NCBI GenBank assembly: GCA_973895155.1
Contig: OZ316891.1
Location: forward strand, 18,997,048-19,061,047
Direction: 5' to 3'
Source: Marsupella aquatica
Lineage: Eukaryota; Plantae; Marchantiophyta
DNA: 64,000 nt
The notes beneath the pieces were generated by a model. The model saw nothing but the letters and a program-made list of their open reading frames with translations. It did no database searches and was not told the DNA's origin. The translations under genes were made by a program, and so were the position numbers. Of this stretch, positions 52,498-64,000 are shown one piece after another; position 1 is the stretch's first letter, and each line of letters begins with the position of its first letter.

Positions 52498-55128
52498 CCT
52501 TCTTGTTGCAATCAATCAGGACCCAGCCACAAAAAGGCAAAGATATAACGCAAAATATATCTGCAATCCGTCAATTCGTGTGTGCGCTTCGGTACTGCAA
52601 ATCAGGGATCTGCACCCCACGACACGAATGCGCGTTTTTTGTGCCCTTCGGTACTGCAAATCACAGCTCTGCACCCACAATACGAGATGAGGCGTTCAGG
52701 TGCACTTCGGCACGAGAAATCACATCACAGCACGTCTCATCCGAAGGAATCGTTTCGATGAATGCCTGTCGCTCGTTTGCTAGCTCGTCCCTCTCTTTGC
52801 TCGACCTCGGCCTCGACCCTTCTTCACGCCTTCGGCATCAAGTTCTTCGACAAATCGTCGATACTGATGTTCCGTTCCTTTCCTCTTCTTCGTCGTCCCT
52901 CCAAAGAAGGGCTTCTGTCTTTGCGTCGTCCCTAGAGTACTGTAGAGTCCCGGTCCCTAACTAACCCTGGTTCAGTACAATAATACAGTCCAGTGTGGGC
53001 AACAGACAGGATCACAGAACACTACACTATGGTAGCGAAGATTTACTTAACCTGCGGTTACCAGTCCAGACTCTGGACGACGGAGACCACTGCCCATAAA
53101 TGTGGTACGGAATATACATTATGGGTGTGCAGTTATTTCTGGAGTTCCTTGTATTTCCATAATCTCTTGTCCTAAAACCAACCAGTGATTGTGGTCACTT
53201 TTTTTACGAGGCATTCATGTAGTGGGATTTTAGTCTGAGCCTTGCTCCTACAATGCTCAGACAAAAGTTTCCTCACTGCTGCTTTTCAAGATTTTTCACT
53301 TTCTGGTCACATTGCTGCCAACTAGTAACCCCCTACCCAGACCATCATTACCTATACATAGTTCTGGTTGACACCTTGCAAATCATTTCAGTGGCAATTT
53401 GCAAACAGTTTCTTTGCTTTTTGTGGAGACACATGTGCACCTAGAGTGACTGCCCAAGTGGATAAGTTTTTTTCTGTTAGAGACAGTTTTATATGTAAAT
53501 TTTGGACATTCATGTATAAGATAGTGTTTTGGGCAGGAGTCTTTTCATGTATAAGATAGTGTTTTGGGCAGGAGTCTTTTAGTTTGTAAGGTTCCTACAG
53601 GCCATGCAATGACCTGCCATTTTGGTTTGATATGGCATAACGTGTATGCTTGGTTTGTGGGGCAAGTGGGACCAGAATGTATGTATGTGAATGGTCGACT
53701 TATTTTCAATGTGCAATAAAGGGGGGCTCGGACCTGCATCTGTTAAATTAAGGTTGTGATGTCCACGATGTTACCTTACTGTACAAGATAGTGTTATCAC
53801 CCAAAATGCATATTGGGTGCCAAATTTGAGAGAAAATAGAGTGAGTCAGTGTGCATCGGCTAGGACGGACATCAAGCACTTTCGTATAGTTCTGTTCTGT
53901 ACAGTCTAATAATGTTTTTACCCTTGCCTTTAATTAAAGTAGGATAGATTGGTAATGTCGATACGTGGCGCCCCAGGATGTGGACAACCACCAACCAGTT
54001 CGTGGCATGGTGAGCTTTCTAAGATTTGGGTATTTGGCAATGTGTGACATTAAAAAACAAGCTTTACATCTATCCCAACGGTGTAGTTGGAGTTCAAAGG
54101 CTCATCTGTAAAGTACCGTCCAGCACTATAAAAAAAAAAAACAGACTTGTAATACATGCTCCGATGGATCAGAATTCTTGATCTTGCAACTCAGATGGAC
54201 ATAGCAGCTTTTGACAAACCCAAAACTGTGGTTTACATAAATATAATACTATTTGAATTCAAAGTAATGTTTGAAAACTGCCTATCTGGGTTGCTTTGGT
54301 CTATCCAAGTTCATTGTCAAACATTGTGATCCATTTGGACTTGGTTTTCAAACAAAGAGAAGATTATGAGAATAAATTGTTTCTTTGGCTGAATGTTTGG
54401 GGACATCAAAATAGGACATATACCATGTAGGACACCCTTGCATGCCGTGATAACCCTAGTTTGTTTGTTTTTTTTAATCAATGAATGCAGCCACATTTTG
54501 ATGTGTGATTACCAGCACGTAATGTTTGGGCGCCCAGGTGTCTCAAGATGGGAGCATCACTGACATCCACGGCGTTTGGCGAGAGTGGGGGTGGGCAATG
54601 CTACAGCACTTCCAAACTTGCCACTTCTGGCACGCAGTAGGCATTTTGGGGAATGCTGGGCTCCAGGATTTCAATTTACAGGGCTCTTAGAGTATGGGAA
54701 AACTGGTTTTGGAGCCAGTCACACTAAAGTTGTCCCCTGCCAGACATTCCCCATGACTTGTGGGAATGCTGCCATCTCTAGGGCACCCTCCTCATTAGCA
54801 CTGGCACCAAACAAAAAACTAAGAGTGGTCTTGTGAACGAGAAGTGAGTTACACTGGTTGTCTTACACGCAGTGTAAATGGGATCGTGATTACGGAGTAA
54901 AATGTAATCTCCCTTGTCAACGAGAGGTGAAGCTACTTGTCTTTACATGTAAGGAAGTAACGCTTATTCTGTTCTTGTGAACGAGAAGCAAAGTCGGTTT
55001 TGTGTTCAGCGATGGCTTGCCAACAAGTGTTCAGCGATGGCTTTCCTTGTTGACGTGGTTGGTTAATGAGCGAGGACGAAATTTGATTTCCCAGCTGCGA
55101 TCTATGCGAAGCTCCATTCCTTTGACCA

Positions 55129-55131
<3 letters not shown>

Positions 55132-55175
<44 letters not shown>
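55132..55175. repeat. (CT)n microsatellite in the ELIP-like 5' region
   Basis: CT run directly upstream of ATG 55249. Confidence 0.95.
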
Positions 55176-55177
<2 letters not shown>

Positions 55178-55248
55178 GATTGTAAAGAACAACTCTCTCC
55201 CTCACTCTATCTCCGTCCCTCTGTGTCTTCGATTTCAATTTATTGTCG

Positions 55249-57177
55249 ATGTCCGTGATGGCGAGTGCTCGCTGTGCCACATCGACTGCTTCGGGCGTCG
55301 TGGGATTATGCGGACAAGGGTTTCATTCACAGCAATGGTCGGCAAATTCTTCGTCGCGGAGTTCTGTGTTTGGCCGGACGCTTTCGCCCGCTGTTGCTGG
55401 AGCTCCTCGACGCGTCCGTGCCTCTCCGTCGTCTCTGATTTGCGTCGCAGTGGTACGTGTCTCGTCTCTTCATCTCCGTGCTCTCCGAATCTGCACCTGG
55501 AATTGTTCAGGAGGCTTCAATTTACGTCCAGTGGTTTGTGGTTCGGAAGGGCAATTATAGTGGTGTGGTTTCTCCAATACTGCAGACCACATAGAGCCGT
55601 CCGATTGTCCCAGCATGTGGTGGGCAAGCTTGTCCTGAAATTTTATGCAATCGTTTTAGAATTGGAGCTGAGTGATGGGTTCAGGAGCGAGGTAGGCAGG
55701 CGAAACTTGGGTCCCGATGGGTTTGAACATTTGGGTTCTGATGAACTTCTCTTAGACATGAGGTAAGGGATGAGCAGAGTTGAACAGCGAGAGGGAAAGA
55801 AGGCAGGTAGAGAGCAAAAATTGCGGCTGGATGGGTTGGAACAAGTTGTTTTTAATTCATTTCTCTTAGACCTGAAGGTGAGGGATGGACAGAGGGGAAC
55901 AGCAAGAGGGAAAGCAGAAGGTAGCAGGCAAATTTTGTTGCGTGGCTGGGTGACATGAAATTCTCTCACACATAAATGTGAGGATGGGCAGAGGGGAATA
56001 GCAAGAGGGAAAGCAGGCAGGCGGCCAGGGAAACAATTTGGGGCTGGCTTGGTTTGCAAAAATAATTTAGTTAGGACAGAGTGCGAGCTTTTCTATCCGT
56101 GATAATGATATTAGCATGGCTGGGTGATATGAGTGCAGACATGGTGGTCAGACGCTTCTAGAGAAATCCTCCCAGATTGGAAGGTGAAGTTAATCAAAAG
56201 CTTTTGAGCTCAAGTTCTTCTTGTTTTTGTAATTTTATTAAAATTTCCAATTGACAAATGTGTTCGTCAGAGCCAACAGATTTGAAAGAACATAATATGC
56301 TGTTTTTTCCGTTATCACAGACAATAGGACTCTGCTCTGTGATTAATCTACACTGTTCTCTTAACTATAAAGCCAATATGGAAATGTCATATTTCTTGCA
56401 TGTGATCATGGTTGACATGTTTGCCTTTGCGATTTGCCTACCTAGTGTCATTTTCGTTTGCTGTTTCTGCCATTAATCCTCAGCATAGAATGACTCGGTA
56501 CAGTTCAAGAAGTCATTTGCAACAATAAGGCTACTAGTAAATGCGAATACCTGTTTAAGCATAACATGATGGTTTGCAACATGGTTTACAGAAAGTACAA
56601 CATTCGAGGTTTGAGAAGTTGGACACAACCCAGTCTACAGATGCCGCTTCGCAGGGGTCTAAGGACGTCACGGTGTGGGAAAACTTGAAGTCTGGTGCCC
56701 ATAGTTTGTTTTCTGCTGGATTTACTCCAGAAGTCGTGATAGGACGAACTGCTATGTTGGGTTTCCTTTCGGCTACTACCGTGGAATTTGAGACGGGTAA
56801 AAGTGTATTGCAGCAGTTGACGTTCAGGTTAGTTTATTTGAAACCTCTCGTGGTCTACCTAAGGATATCCGGGATAGCTCCGTTGATCATTTGGTCTTTG
56901 TTGTAATTCTTGGTAGTGTATTTTTATAGAAGTTTCTTTGATGACATTATATTGACCTCCTGTTTCCATGTGCAGGGGTGACATTTTTGCAATAGTAGTG
57001 GCAGTTGGAGTGCTGCTAATGTCTCTGCGAAGAAAGGATGAAGATGGGTCAGTTGCAACATTCAATCCGTCTGGAATGTTCACTCCAACTGCAGAACGTC
57101 TAAATGGTCAAGCTGCTATGCTGGGCTTTGCTCTGCTGGTGGTCATAGAGTCAGCAAAAGGCAGTGCTTTGTTTTAA
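55249..57177 (+). CDS. ELIP-like three-helix LHC-family protein, plastid-targeted
   Basis: Exons 55249-55452 (transit peptide), 56592-56827 and 56976-57177. Helix 1 PEVVIGRTAMLGF..VEFETGKSVLQQL, hydrophobic helix 2, helix 3 FTPTAERLNGQAAMLGFALLVVIESAKGSALF. Confidence 0.85.
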
Positions 57178-58344
57178 GTGCCGAGAGATAGACCCAATCT
57201 GCAGAAAGTGGCATCCTTCGTGCGTTGTAATTATCTACCATGTACTAGTACCCTTGTAATCTAGAGTCACAAATTTGTATGTACGATGTGAGTGTCGATT
57301 AGGAGAATTGTATGCAACTGGACACCTTGACTCATCTGCAATTGGCTATCAGGAACTTATCCAGATATTGTCCAAACGGTGAGTGTAGACATTTCCGTTT
57401 CATTGACATTAACATTGAAACCCAGTAGAAGTCAATTTTGAATAGATTGACGAGTAACACTCTATTCGTGTTATGAAGAACTGATTTGTGCAAATGCTAC
57501 GCTAGAAGCAGGAAGAAGTATCTAATTCACCTTCTGATATATGGTCCTGAAGTATTCCAGACTGTCTCATGATCATGGTACTAGGAGCTTGGTCGGTAAT
57601 TGTATCCTACAGAACAGATCCTGGTCAGACAGGCTTAAAAAGTTGGGTACGACTGTTCTCCTTTTCGCATTGAGGAATGGTTTTAACAAGCGGATTCTTT
57701 AGGCGAGATATTTGGTTCCTGTAACTGCCACTCGCTTTATATCAAGTTACCTGCCTGTCTTAGAATTGTAATGGACTGGTGTGGTTGGATGTAGTTGACA
57801 AGCTCCACATTATTGGCTTTCAGTGGTCTATATAGTTCAAACATGTCCTTTCCAACCTCAAGGCAGTCTTTACTTGTGATTTGGAACCTGAATAACTCAC
57901 ATACCATGCCTAAAACTTCAATTTGAAAGCTAGGAGCAGTGGTGGACATGCTGACTGAGTATTTCCCTGTTCCAATAATAGCCACTGAAACTTTTATTCG
58001 AAGCTGAGGTTCACCAGCTTTCCAATCAATTCCTCAAGATCCTTGAGGTACTTATCACATTGCTCACAACTCGGGGCATATATTATTGCCCTTTACAAGC
58101 AGCTATGTCAACTGGGGCGTCTCTAGCGAATACTGGGATTTGAATATCGTTTCCTCTTCCTTTTTATGATACACCCCTGTATATCATCTCTCTAAGACTA
58201 GGAAATTGTAGTAAGAGATCAAGGCTCCATAAGCCTCTCTAGGTGACAAGTGAATACCCATTCCACTCATCACCACGACGTGCAGGTCAATGGATCCACA
58301 AAAATACAGCTACACTACTTAGTGTACAAATGTTTAGTGGCAGC

Positions 58345-61300
58345 TCATTCCTCGTCGCCTGATCTTGGTTGCTCGTACCACTCATTCTCCTTTCGAGTCA
58401 AGAAGTAGGCTTCTGCAAAAGTAGACAAATGGAACCAAATATCAGGCGAGAAACAACCATTGGCAGCACCAGCTTATCTAAGATACTCTGAAAACGAAAG
58501 CACCATGTCGTTTCAGCCTACCGTCTCTTACGACAGTGGTGGCAGTGAAAGAAATTCTCCACTGCCTTTGACTTTGGAACTTTATTAAGGCCGTGTACTG
58601 ACACCTCAGCACACTATGAAGTAATTGAACGTTTCGTCTTTGAAGTACTTACCGGAAATGAAAACGCTACTGTATTGTTCTTCATCATAAAGGAAGGGTG
58701 GCGGCTCCACATCACCGACACCCACAATGGTACTTCCACTATCAACATCCAGTGCAAGAGCTTATCTTCAGAAACCTTGTACGAAGTGCCCAAAGGTTGG
58801 TGAATTCCAGGAGCTACAATCATCCTGTGTTCCTTGCCTCCTATCTGTGCCTTAATTTAATAGTTGCACAAAGCAAGATTCATAAATCAACTATAAGGTA
58901 CACAAAAGCTCATCGGAAAGACGGAGATCTGACCTTCCAGTCATGAAAACAGCTTGGTAGCGACCACGTGATGCAGCTGATATCCGTTCTTTGAGCTGCT
59001 TCAGAGTTGGCAATACTTGAAATGCCGGGGCTTCTGATGATGCCGCAATGCAGAATATGAGACAACGCAGTTCACAACGAAGCTACATAGTTGACCTCAT
59101 AAATAAATCTCTCAACTACACTGGAATTGAGTGAAAGGCGACCGGATATATACCCAAGTCGTTAATGCACAAACTTTGCGAGATTCCATTCTTCATTACA
59201 TTGTCGAGCAGCTCCTCAGGATCAGTCTGGCTGGAGTCACTGAGTTTGAAGTTCTGCACGGAGAAGCAACACAGAACACATGAATTCTGCAGCTGACCGT
59301 TTTCAAAAATATTGGACACTGTTACAAATTTCCTATTCACTTGACCTAAAAGAGCTGAAATTAGCCCATGAACAATGATCTCCCCTGGGCATGAAGACGT
59401 GAGCGCGCAGACAGAGAGGCCAATGGTGGAAGGGGATCGTTGGCAAGCTACATGTACCTAAAGTGTGGGTGCTGTAGCGGAGCAGCATTGACAAACAAAA
59501 GGTTTCGTATCCAACTAGGGGATACGGTACAGATACTCCCAGAGACAAGATGTCAACTCGTTCAAGGGAATCATAAAGGAAACGCATACTAGGGTCCCGA
59601 AAGATTTCAGGTGCAAAGAACAATCACTTACTCTCAAGAGGGGCGACTCCACACACAAGCGATTATTTTCCTTGACCTCGGCACCGAATATTTTTCTAGC
59701 ATTAGAAATCCGCTACAGCCCTCTACTCATCACTTGTTTCTCTTTCTAGGTGCTTGTAGAAACAAACCTTGAAGATCTCCGGAGTAGAACACTCCTCTGG
59801 GGGTTTCATTAGTACCATAGGAGTTGATGAGTTGAAGGGAGAAGGGATGTCCCTTACCACCTGAAAAGTCCGCTCAAAGCTGTCAGCTCATGTGTACTCC
59901 TACCAACAGTTAGTCAGCCATTGAAAGGATATCATCAGAGTTTCAGCTTGTAGTTGGGACTCTATCATCTCACTGATATGTAGTCAACTATTTGCATTAT
60001 CAGTAGGAGAAAAAAAACTGTACTTGTAACTGAATGAAGGGCCAATAGCCCGGAGTTCTGGTGCATAACAGTTTAAAACCCTACCTCTCCTCTGCCTGTG
60101 CAATAGGCAGCTCCCTTAGAGAAGAATACTGGAATATCTGACCCAATTTCGCCTGACCATTCCTGTAGTTCCTGTTCAGTTGCCAGATGGCCGCACAGTT
60201 GATTTGCAGCCCACAATGCCGTTGCCGCATTTCCACTACCACCACCTAGACCTGCTCCAGTGGGCACTCTCTTGTCTAGATGAATCTGCACGAGCGTAAG
60301 TAATTATAAAGTATCATTTCCATCAGATATTGGCACCTGGACTTTGAATTGTCTTACCCATTATCACTGACGATAAGTTTATTAAACTTTACCCATGTCT
60401 TTCATATAAGTAAAACCTGAAAGGAAGAATTAGAATATAAAAAAATGTTTGCACAACTGATGTTAATCCCCGACTGAGACGGATGAGCTAGTACCCAAAA
60501 GTAGGTGCTAGCGCCTGTCTTCTTTCGATACAAGTTGAGAGCCTTGATGATCTGCAAAATTGAGGGAAAGAAAGCAATTGTATAAACAAAATGAACCCAC
60601 TTTTGATGACGTTGTGTAACGTTTCCTTCATGAACATTCACTGTTTACAATACCAAGGAAATCAGTGTGTTTGGATATGAGTCCCTGAATCTGAGAAGCC
60701 CAAAAACTACCACAACAAAAAACGGTAGAGGGGTGTCTGGAAAGATATCTTAGCAGTATCGCATTAACCATGCCGTAAGTAACGAAGAGTTTACCAGATT
60801 TTTCTCGTCCAGTGGAACACCGGAGGCGTTTGTAGTGAGGGAATCCTTTGTTTTTGAAGGTGAAATTGAAAACTTGATGACGTCTCCCAGGCTGATAACC
60901 TGGTCAAGCACGGCTGAGAGCACTGAGAGCACTCCCCTTCATCCAAAATCTCTCTGGATCAGGAACACACAGAAAAGACTAACGAAATTATAAAGGGCTT
61001 GATTGAATGCATTCAGATATAAAAGCTTACATGAAACAGAGAGGCAAGGTCGTGGTATCCATCTGGTCTCTTATTTGTGACTCTCAGAAATACATTGATC
61101 TGCAGGATTTTAAGGCAGAAAAATCAGTTAGTCCGACAGAGACGAAGCCAATCATGTAGGAGTAGGCAATTGAGAGGGATTTCGAGTACATGCGTCTGCG
61201 ACGGCCGAACAATAAAATCTTGCAGCGACTCCACTTACAACTAGTCAACAACGCATGTCAGCGGGCAGAAATTGTCACAATTGCCCAAGATCAAAGGGGA

Positions 61301-62448
61301 AGAAAAGTGCAATTTCATCCAAATTCGAAACCCATTGATTAAAATGGTGAACTATCACCCGAAGATTGTGTCACCTGCCACTGGCAATGCCGTCACAGGT
61401 ACAGATCTACAGACATACCTTGCATGGTGAGAACAGCGTAAGATTTGTTGACGTCAAGGACCCAGATTTGTTCAAGTCGTCGAGGAGCTGATTATAACGC
61501 GCTTGAGGATCGTAGACCACCTACCAGCAATTCAACATATCTATTCAGCGTTTCCCACCTAGATTGATTACTTCAAAAGACGCCTTGTAAGAAGGCAACG
61601 CAAAACATAATTGCAAATCGATTGAATCTCAGGACACTTCGAAAGTCTGTATAGAACATTGCCTGCTAGCAGGAATGGTCAATTGATAGATTAGTACGGG
61701 AAAAAACTATACAATTAACATTCAGGGGCTGTCTACAAGGTTGCCTGAAAGTCGTGCAGCATTGATTGCAAACAAAGATGTGACCGTCTGAGTTAGTAAT
61801 ATCCAAAGGTGATGGACTTTACGTGGCTCAATTGTCAAGACATGCCAAAACACAATCCACCTAAACATAGTTTGAACTAGAGCACACGTTTTCCTACCTC
61901 GTGAAGTACTTGTGGGGGACTTTTACCAATACTACAGACCTAACGGCTCATGGGGAAAACTCATTCGTTAACCCTCAGACGAACTCACTGAGTGAACCAG
62001 ACCGGACAACTCAACGCCTTTCAGAAACTTTCCTCAGGAAGCGTTCGCTCCAACGCAAAGATACAACACTGACAAAACATGAAAAGGAATTTCTCCTCAT
62101 AACGAGCTGTTCAGGGTAAATTGAGGTAAGGTGGGTTGACTAGCTGGTTGGTATGTATACCTCAACTTTCTGCTCTTCCCCAGTGGTCGAATCCAGACCA
62201 GCACAAGCAACGATTGGGAGCCTTGTGCCCGAGTAGACTTTGACATTGGCGTCTCGCCGACATGACGGCACAAGACCATGTGCCGCTGTTCCACACTTGA
62301 AACCCCCGGGCAATGAAAGCTTTGAGGGCGTTTTGCTCAACCTGGCGGCACTCTCCTGGCCCTTACCATTCCCAGCACTGAGTCTTACAGAACTTCTCAA
62401 GATAACTCCAGCAGCAGGAGAAGAAGAAGCCAGCGCTACGGTTGCCAT
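58345..62448 (-). CDS. ispE: 4-diphosphocytidyl-2-C-methyl-D-erythritol kinase (MEP pathway)
   Basis: Eleven exons, all GT-AG and in frame: 62448-62161, 61520-61419, 61099-61031, 60899-60795, 60551-60495, 60285-60085, 59860-59768, 59253-59154, 59033-58934, 58738-58653, 58412-58345. Motifs: LFSPCKINVFLRV, DGYHDLASLFH, KRVPTGAGLGGGSGNAA, IGSDIP, CINDLEAPAF, MTGSGST. Confidence 0.97.
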
Positions 62449-63265
62449 GGCTCCGTCCCTCTATCCCCAGCACCCTGTGTGCGGTGGCCAACAGCTGCCT
62501 CCAAGCTGCCCTTAAGCACTTCACAACTAGTCACTCTTACGGGACAAATCAGACCGAAATGCCGCGAGGATGGGTTCGTTGCCGGAACGAATCTCTCTTA
62601 AACAAATTCACGGACCCAACTGTAAAGAGTGGGAATCAAACCTCCGACTCACTACCCAGTCACTGAATTGATTGGGTTCTGCTCCAATGGTCTCTCTCTC
62701 GCAATCCTGACGTGAAACCTTCCTTCCGTGCTACTGGGCTTTCAGTGCAATCAAGCGTAGGAGCAGAACCTGCTCACACTCTGGGCCACAATGAAGTCCG
62801 CGCCTCTCAATACAATTGGGAAGACTGGAGAGCTTCCGGTGGTGCAAGTGCAACAGGCAAACACAGAGCTCTACGTAGGTAGATATTTAGCAAGCGAGCT
62901 CAGACGGGGAGAGTGAATTCTTCGGGAGCTCAGCCCAGCAATCACTCTACCATCTCCAATACGTCAAAACAGGGCCCTTTCCAGTCCGGCCGAAACCCAA
63001 GTCAGTCTGCCAAACTCAATATTTACTCAATAATGCATGAACTTCTTTCGTTCATAGCCACTCCCCTCCCAAGCACAATAGTCGAAGTTGAACTTCTCCA
63101 CTTACCTCAACCTTGGCATGTCACGAGGTACACTGCTCTGGTTCCTTCTACTCAGCATTGTTCGAAGAGTCTGCCACTATACTTTTCTAAAACTTTCCCC
63201 AATCTCATTTTCCTTGTGGTGGGTTTTGATGGGACACTGCTCACTCAAGGGCTCGAGGCTTGGCA

Positions 63266-63268
<3 letters not shown>

Positions 63269-63298
<30 letters not shown>
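63269..63298. repeat. (AG)n microsatellite
   Basis: AG run read directly. Confidence 0.95.
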
Positions 63299-63301
<3 letters not shown>

Positions 63302-64000
63302 TGCGGGTCCAAGCCAAACTCCTCAGTTTGACTGTGCCATTGGAAGAGGATGGGGATTGCCCACAACCCACTCGTTTATGCTCACCCTAAAAGATGCTCT
63401 CTAACACACCTCACTTTTATGCCTGTCATTTATGCTTACACCCTAAATTCCTCTAACAATGTCAAATTCAATAAAACCCAAGCAAGGAGTCAACTTCGAA
63501 TGTAGCTCCCAAACAAGGAGTCAAAAATTCGAATATAGTGCCCCATGGCCCATTAGGATATACTGCCCATATAATGCCAAAACAACGAGTCAAAATTTCA
63601 AATGTAGTGTCGTGTAGTGCCCATTCCCAATTATTCAAATATAGAGCCAACGCACTGTGTTCAGGGGTAGACTCAGGTTCAGTATAGGACGCTTCGCATA
63701 GCGAGTGGTTCTTTAGAAGGATTTGTGGAAATATCCATGGTAGTGGGAGTCCAACCCGGCTGGATAACAAGAGTGGTTAATTTCGAGTACTGGTGAGAAC
63801 AGCTTTTTCTCTGGAGTAGGTTTTGTGCATTATGTTTGATAGTTAACTACATCTCATCTTCTCTTCAGAAAAGCTGCGAAAAGCTGCGAGGGTTGGCCTT
63901 TGATAGCAGATTACAGTTTTGTAACCAATTTTCCTATGCTTCTGTCAGGAATGGTATCTATGCTTTGTGTGGTGCGTGTCAGCAGAGCCAAGGAAGACAT

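Noticed and set aside
55002-55766. 254-aa ORF spanning the CT microsatellite
   Set aside because: Runs through a microsatellite and an intron in a different frame from the ELIP transit-peptide exon, with no domain signal.

Overview
Eukaryotic, intron-containing land-plant nuclear DNA. Gene content and divergence look bryophyte/liverwort-like, which is an inference. Exons were joined by hand using GT-AG sites and frame continuity; no database searches were run. Genes supported from the sequence: a MEE60-like membrane protein (-), an intronless AIG1/GIMAP-type GTPase (+), a PIP aquaporin (-, 4 exons), a NUDX1/NUDT15-type Nudix hydrolase (-, 2 exons), an intronless plastid-type GGPP synthase (-), an intronless atypical GATA-finger/coiled-coil protein (+), a frameshifted EGF-repeat fragment, a germin-like cupin (+, 3 exons), plastid MinE (-, 2 exons), an ELIP-like three-helix LHC protein (+, 3 exons) and IspE/CMK (-, 11 exons). 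Intergenic DNA holds small non-autonomous Helitrons, tRNA-derived SINE-like elements, a MITE-like element, a probable decayed Crypton/DUF3504-like tyrosine recombinase and many short tandem duplications. The strongest leads are: (1) an isoprenoid-diphosphate gene neighbourhood (NUDX1 next to GGPPS, with IspE within about 27 kb, all on the - strand); (2) a duplicated germin intron whose junction forms a YAG|GTGAGT recursive-splice or microexon motif; (3) a 76-bp duplication of the GGPPS 3' end that creates a potential protein-neutral new intron; (4) the Crypton-like remnant; (5) proteins with altered signature residues (GATA CxC finger, ELIP with broken chlorophyll-binding motifs, PIP lacking the loop-A Cys).
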